Below, in pieces: positions 59,718-64,000 of a stretch of DNA of 64,000 bases. The stretch lies in assembly GCA_021513695.1 (NCBI GenBank), contig CP084166.1:1760001-1824000 (forward strand), written 5' to 3'. The DNA comes from Candidatus Heimdallarchaeum aukensis (GTDB taxonomy: Archaea > Asgardarchaeota > Heimdallarchaeia > Heimdallarchaeales > Heimdallarchaeaceae). The position numbers were made by a program, and so were the translations under genes. The stretch's first letter is position 1. Every line of letters starts with the position of its first letter. The notes under the pieces are model-generated. The model saw nothing but the letters and a program-made list of their open reading frames with translations, was not told where the DNA came from and made no database searches.

Positions 59718-59874
59718 GAGAAAAAAAGTAAAACAAGGTTAAATACTAAATATTAGAGATAAATAGGAGTATAATCTAGAACTCAAGCAACAAGGAAAGT
59801 TAATAAAATCAAAAAGCAAAAAGTTTTAATAAAGAAGAAGAAGAAAAAAAATAGAAACAAAAACACCCAAAAAA

Positions 59875-59997
59875 GAGGGGATTGTCGAGCGGTCAAAGAC
59901 GACAGGCTTAAGATCACAGATTGCTTCTTTGAAAAAGGGCTAGAGAAGGAACCTGTTCCTTAGTGGTTCGGGAGTTCGAATCTCCCTCCCCTCACCA
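59875..59997 (+). tRNA. tRNA-Leu(TAA), class II, with 38-nt anticodon-loop intron (59913..59950); CCA encoded
   Basis: Acceptor GAGGGGA pairs with TCCCCTC. D-arm is GTC/GAC with an 11-nt loop. Anticodon stem is ACAGG/CCTGT, loop CUUAAG|A. There is a long variable arm. T-arm is GGGAG-TTCGAAT-CTCCC. Discriminator is A. Confidence 0.6.
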
Positions 59998-60169
59998 CTG
60001 TTTTTATGAGAATTTTAATAAGCAAAAGCTACTTTGTAAATCGAAAGGGGGAAAAGAGAGAAGAGAAAATAGGTTAAACTGCTCTTCTCAGAATAAATAT
60101 AAGAATTCAATATTTAAGCATAACATTTTCAGAATTCAGTTTTCATACAAGCAATAGAAAAAAATAGGA

Positions 60170-60448
60170 TTAATCATCACTTATTTCAAGAAGGGTGATG
60201 ATTTGTAATAGAATTGTTCTTGCATGCATTGGACAATTGGGATCTAAACTTATTTCTTCCAATATTTCTATAGCATTATTTGCTTTAACTGCAAGACTCA
60301 ATTCAGGGTCAGGATCTCTTATAATTTCTAGTGAATTTGATGCTGCGCGTCTAATATTTCTTGGGACGGTAGTATCTTCAGAAACTCGTTCAAGAAGCGC
60401 AATAGCTTCATTAATTTGCTCAACAGACTCATTATCCATTTTAAACAC
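60170..60448 (-). CDS. UPF0147-family small archaeal protein
   Basis: A 92-aa helical protein with VPRNIRRAA, as in archaeal UPF0147. Confidence 0.4.
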   Translation of the reverse strand: MFKMDNESVEQINEAIALLERVSEDTTVPRNIRRAASNSLEIIRDPDPELSLAVKANNAIEILEEISLDPNCPMHARTILLQIITLLEISDD

Positions 60449-60779
60449 CTCATAAATTTAAATGAAAGAACACACTACACTTACCATCAGAGTTACTAGG
60501 TTTTTAACTTTTTCGAGAGAAGATTTTTAAATGAAAAAAGAGAAACCAACAAATTTTAGTTAAAAGGGTAGTAAAAGCGATATTCAGGAAACAAATAATA
60601 AAAAAATATATTAAAAAAGTCCCATATCAGTGAAATAAAAAAGTTTTAAGTTCAAAATTCAAAGTATATGTCTTAGTTTCCAATTTCATTAGTTATATAA
60701 AAATCCCAAAACCAAAAATATAAAAAAGAGAGAGAAAAGAAAGTTTTGATAACATTCAAACTATAATTCAAACAAAAAT

Positions 60780-60855
60780 GGGCCAGTGGTCTAGTGGCTA
60801 TGACATCTCCCTTACGCGGAGAGGGTCGCAGGTTCGATTCCTGCCTGGCCCACCA
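60780..60855 (+). tRNA. tRNA-Val(TAC), no intron; CCA encoded
   Basis: Acceptor GGGCCAG pairs with CTGGCCC. Anticodon stem is TCTCC/GGAGA, loop CTTACGC. T-arm is GCAGG-TTCGATT-CCTGC. Confidence 0.85.
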
Positions 60856-60935
60856 CATCTAAATAAATAAAATCTTTCTTTTTAATTAAATATTCATTCA
60901 GTAAAAATATTTTTTTAAAAGAATGAAGAATTTTT

Positions 60936-61721
60936 TCACTTTCCTTTTTCCCATAGATATTCAAAATTATTAGTGAACAACTCTATTATTCCTGGATTTG
61001 ATGAGAAGTGTGGTCTATAGATATATTTCTCTCCTGTTCTTGGTGACACCCATATTACGAATACAACTTGATCTTCATCTACTAATGTTCCTCTTACTAG
61101 TACGCTTTCTTTTTCTATGAACTTTACTTTTGCACCTATTTTTCTTAATTGTTCTGCTATCATTTTTGCTTTCTCATCAGTTACTGTCATAATAACTCTT
61201 ACTTTTACTCCTTTTGACGTTGCAAGTTCTAATTCTTCTTTTATCTTATCGAACCAGTAAAATACATTTGTAAATATCCGTATATCCTTTTTTGCGTTTT
61301 TTATTATTTCAATTGTTTTTAATTCCATTTCTTCTAACGATGAATATCCTTCTAGCAATTCTTCTGGATTAATTTTTATTTGTCCCAAAAAAGAGGTTAT
61401 TTCATATACCCTTTTCTTTAAATTTTCCCACTCTAAGTTTATTTCTTGTTCTTTTTTTTCTAGAAATCTTGTGAAACCTTCCATTGGTGGTAGTGCTCTA
61501 AATCTCTTTGGTCTTCCTGAGATTATTTTTACTAGCCCTAATTTGGATAGGTTTTCAATTGTATCATAAATTCTTGGTGTGGGGATGTTGGTTTTTTGAT
61601 GTATTTGTTCGGCTGTTAATTCAGTTTCTGAATTTTCCATTAAAGCCATGTACGTTTTTATCTCATATTCAGTTAACCCCACTGATTTTAGTTGTTGCTT
61701 CAGTTTATCTTGGTTATCCAT
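60936..61721 (-). CDS. TrmB-family transcriptional regulator
   Basis: An N-terminal winged HTH (LTEYEIKTYMALME...) and a C-terminal TrmB-type effector domain. Confidence 0.6.
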   Translation of the reverse strand: MDNQDKLKQQLKSVGLTEYEIKTYMALMENSETELTAEQIHQKTNIPTPRIYDTIENLSKLGLVKIISGRPKRFRALPPMEGFTRFLEKKEQEINLEWENLKKRVYEITSFLGQIKINPEELLEGYSSLEEMELKTIEIIKNAKKDIRIFTNVFYWFDKIKEELELATSKGVKVRVIMTVTDEKAKMIAEQLRKIGAKVKFIEKESVLVRGTLVDEDQVVFVIWVSPRTGEKYIYRPHFSSNPGIIELFTNNFEYLWEKGK

Positions 61722-61811
61722 AATTCAAAGATTATTTTTTTCTTAAAAAACTTATCTTAAAATTCTATTTTTTGTATTTCATCATAAAAATTTTTGCTAT
61801 GTATCTTATTT

Positions 61812-62591
61812 TTATTTGCTTGTAGAGAGTAGTTGTTTTAATCTTTTTGGCGATTGAACAGCTATTTTCGCTTCTTTCAGTAAATAACCTATTTCAGGAA
61901 TTATACCCTCTGCTCTTGTATTTTTTTTACATATCAACCTATGTTCTAGGAAGCCTATTCTTTCTATTACTTCAATATCTTGACTATGGTTCGTTTTTTT
62001 TAGTGAGTCTTTAATCATTTTAGTTGTTGCTCCTGTAATTATCAATGCTTCATTTTCTTCTTTAAACGGTTTTAGCAACCATTCTAATGATTCTTTTGTT
62101 AATTTCACTCTTAATTTTCTTCCAATTACTTGTTTTTCTGTCACTTCAAACATTAGAGGTAGATTTTCTATAAAGCCGAAACTGTGAATTATTTTTTTTA
62201 GCGGGATCTTTCTATTTTCTACCAATTGTTTTCTTACCTCATACAAAGGATAAAGTGCATCTATTTTTTTTTCGCCCATATATGCACCTATATCTACAAA
62301 CAGCCCAAAATTTACGCTGTCTGTTTTTCTTATTCTCCCAAAGTAGCTTTTATTTTCTATTATTTCAGATATATTATATTCTGCACCGTATTGGTTGTGA
62401 ATAAAATTTGCTACAATTTCTTCATCTTCTCCATCAATATGTATCTCAGCTAGATTTTCTGTTGAAAAAACAATTTTTCTTATTCGAATATCTAACTCTC
62501 TAAACTCATTTTTTAGTATAAATTCTATTGATTTCTTTAGGTTCTCTTCTGGTACATTATACAGTTTAATAAGTGTGCGTATTTTTTTCAT
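61812..62591 (-). CDS. hypothetical protein translationally coupled to aTrm56
   Basis: A 259-aa ORF whose stop overlaps the downstream start (ATGA). Confidence 0.4.
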   Translation of the reverse strand: MKKIRTLIKLYNVPEENLKKSIEFILKNEFRELDIRIRKIVFSTENLAEIHIDGEDEEIVANFIHNQYGAEYNISEIIENKSYFGRIRKTDSVNFGLFVDIGAYMGEKKIDALYPLYEVRKQLVENRKIPLKKIIHSFGFIENLPLMFEVTEKQVIGRKLRVKLTKESLEWLLKPFKEENEALIITGATTKMIKDSLKKTNHSQDIEVIERIGFLEHRLICKKNTRAEGIIPEIGYLLKEAKIAVQSPKRLKQLLSTSK

Positions 62592-63127
62592 TCTTTTCTC
62601 CTTTTGTCAATTACTTTTTTTCCTTTTTTACAAGGTTCAATTTCAACTCTTGCATTAGAATAACGTTTTTTTCTCCCCTTTCCTCCTGTTATTTTATCCA
62701 AGCATATTGCTAAAGCTGCTACCTCTGAATGCGGTTGATGTCCTATAGCTATATTGAAGTCTGCTAAATGATAAAACTCTATTTCCACTTTTGCTCCTCC
62801 AACAATAACTAGGACATCCTTTTCCACTTTTCTCAAATCATCTATTACATCATCTATTTCTATTCCAAACATAGTTAAGTGAACAACAACTCCTCCTTCT
62901 CTTTTCCATTCTTTAATATACTGTCTTTCATTTTGTGTATACTCAACATTGAAATTTCCCCCCCAACTTTCAACTATTTGAGCAACAGTTTGTTCTATTC
63001 TATTGTCATATTCTCCACTATACACTATTTTTGAAGCTCCAAATGCTCTTGCCACTAGAGCTAGATGACTTGACATACGTTTATCTCGCGTTATTCTGTG
63101 ATGTAATCTTAAAACGACTATCTCCAT
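62588..63127 (-). CDS. trm56: tRNA (cytidine56-2'-O)-methyltransferase aTrm56 (SPOUT)
   Basis: VVLRLHHRITRDKRMSSHLALVARAFGA matches the archaeal Trm56 N-terminal signature. Confidence 0.8.
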   Translation of the reverse strand: MEIVVLRLHHRITRDKRMSSHLALVARAFGASKIVYSGEYDNRIEQTVAQIVESWGGNFNVEYTQNERQYIKEWKREGGVVVHLTMFGIEIDDVIDDLRKVEKDVLVIVGGAKVEIEFYHLADFNIAIGHQPHSEVAALAICLDKITGGKGRKKRYSNARVEIEPCKKGKKVIDKRRKE

Positions 63128-63387
63128 TGTTTTTTTCTGCTTTTTAACTTACTTAAACTTGATGTTTGAAGTTTGAGAATTAGAAAATGTCGTACTTATT
63201 GTTTAATAATATAATGATTTGATTGAAAAACAATATAAATCTTTATAATTTCAATCACGAGTTTATGTTTTTATGAACCTTTATTAAAAGGCTTAAAATT
63301 GAAAATATTTCTTAATAATCCAATGTTTAATCACAAGTTTATATCAATATAAAGTCTTTTATATTAGAATTATGAATTGAATAATAG

Positions 63388-64000
<613 letters not shown>

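Noticed and set aside
59963-60157. 64-aa ORF overlapping the tRNA-Leu 3' end
   Set aside because: It starts inside the tRNA and continues into purine-rich spacer, so it is unlikely to be coding.
60673-60858. 61-aa minus-strand ORF over tRNA-Val
   Set aside because: It lies antisense to a canonical tRNA.

Overview
This window is AT-rich, gene-dense archaeal core chromosome with both strands used, short intergenic spacers and several overlapping stop/start pairs. Shine-Dalgarno-like GGAGG/GAGGTG motifs and TTG/GTG starts are present. Most content is conserved information-processing genes. A long minus-strand ribosomal-protein operon runs uL22-uS3-uL29-Rpp29-uS17-uL14-uL24-eS4-uL5-uS14-uS8-uL6-eL32-eL19-uL18-uS5-uL30-uL15-SecY, and an intein-containing family-B DNA polymerase follows it directly. 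The archaeal eL34-cmk-eL14-cbf5 cluster and the eL21-RpoF-DUF655-KsgA-Mtq2 cluster are present, the latter extended by two further RNA methyltransferases. Also present are aIF2alpha-Nop10, RadA, Hef, SRP54, TFE, Csl4, RpoL, ValRS, AspRS, PAN (5' part), scattered A-type ATPase subunits (D, F, H) and five tRNAs. Three tRNAs carry anticodon-loop introns, and all five have genomically encoded CCA. No CRISPR array, rRNA or transposon was seen; the only mobile element is the LAGLIDADG intein inside polB. Observations worth a second look are: (1) a divergently arranged pair of CobO-like genes, one P-loop-intact and one P-loop-dead, flanking two unknown genes at 1.7-5.3 kb; (2) long acidic C-terminal tails on three ribosomal proteins of one operon; (3) a nested three-way-junction palindrome in the leader of that operon; (4) a RadA with a duplicated N-terminal HhH domain; (5) a Mini-RNase-III-like gene; (6) secreted thiol-disulfide proteins sharing a KTP[VI]-TM-KK C-terminal anchor; (7) dispersed A-ATPase genes; (8) a ValRS with HMGG in place of HIGH. 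All assignments come from reading the six-frame translations and the DNA by eye; no searches were run.
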